A stretch of DNA of 21,901 nt, taken from contig BAAFSQ010000169.1 in the NCBI GenBank assembly GCA_054661495.1, positions 1-21,901 on the forward strand. The letters run 5' to 3'. Shown here in pieces: positions 21,119-21,901 of this stretch. Each line of letters begins with the position of its first letter. Within the stretch, counting starts at the first letter, position 1. The notes under the pieces were generated by a model. That model was not told the DNA's origin and did not search any database. It saw only the letters and a program-made list of their open reading frames with translations. The position numbers and the translations under genes were made by a program. Origin of the DNA: Zygophlyctis sp. KS116. Its lineage: Eukaryota; Fungi; Chytridiomycota.

Positions 21119-21901
21119 TTAAATCATAGAAGTTACTACATCTAAAGCAGCATAGTTGCTTGATCCTTGTTTTGACGTTCCACTTTTCGAGCCCGCGTTT
21201 GATTCTCCAGGCATAAAAATGACCTTTGAATTAGCAGACTTGGACATATTCTGTAGCGTTTCCAGGTACCGGATCTGCATTGCCGCAGGAGTATTTAGAA
21301 TGTCCGAAGCTTCTCTCATTAGCTTGGCTGATTCAACTTCGGCTTGAGCAGCAATCACCTTCGACTCACCAATACGTTTTTGCTTTGCTGCTGCAGACAA
21401 AGATTCTTGTAACTCCTGGGAGAATCTCAAATCCTTGAGAAGAATAGATTCCACCTTTATACCCCAACTGGAAGCTACTGCATCAATAATATCTAGTATA
21501 AATACAGTTAAACAAACCTTCCACCTCTTGAGCCATGGATTCACGATGTTCGACGCATTCCTGAACAGTTCGAGCCCCAGTAATAAGACGTAGAGTTGTC
21601 ATGGTTCTTTCCACAAGGGCCTTCTTCATATTGCTCACTGTAAATGTTGCGACATAAGGATCGACAGCATGCCAGTACAAGACAGAATCAATAATCACAG
21701 ACACATTATCTTTTGTCATAATTGACTGAGCTGGAATATCTTCGATTTGAATTCTCATATCCCTTGCGATAAGACATGACGAGCTTACAAATTCAGGAGA
21801 TCCTCATTAAATGGCATGACATAGTACAACCTAACTATGAGACTAGCATAATAAAATACCCTGCATCAACGGTCTTGTAATACTTCCCAAAGCGAGTAAT
21901 C
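21119..21901 (-). CDS. Stomatin / band-7 (SPFH) family protein, 5' end outside the window
   Basis: Exons >21901-21860, 21830-21789, 21762-21518, 21492-21119. Introns 21859-21831 (29 nt), 21788-21763 (26 nt, AAG acceptor) and 21517-21493 (25 nt, gtttgt donor). Motifs: TRFGKYYKTVDAGLYYV, DMRIQ..IPAQSIMTKDNVSVIIDSV, WGIKVESILLKD, KRIGESKVIAAQAEVESAKLMREASDIL, AAMQIRYLETL. Confidence 0.92.

Overview
Eukaryotic, AT-rich, very gene-dense DNA using the standard code (TAA, TAG and TGA are all stops). It most likely comes from a flagellated, zoosporic (chytrid-like) fungus; this is inferred from fungal-type housekeeping genes next to an axonemal outer-arm dynein. The ORF track is fragmented because the genes are split by ultra-short GT-AG introns. 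I traced 26 by hand, all 24-31 nt. Splicing them gives eight genes: mitochondrial ATP synthase epsilon (+, missed by the ORF track), a TOE1-like CAF1-family deadenylase (-), a CBS-PB1-TM protein (-), a C1D/Rrp47 exosome cofactor (+), a secreted GPI-type protein with two 8-Cys domains (-), a complete ~4485-aa outer-arm dynein heavy chain of the beta/DNAH9-11-17 class (-), a PARN-like deadenylase ending in a CaaX box (+) and a 5'-truncated stomatin/band-7 protein (-). The most striking features are the Paramecium-sized intron system, a 1-nt stop-to-start junction, an antisense CDS overlap and the predicted prenylated PARN. I saw no rRNA, tRNA, CRISPR array or mobile element.
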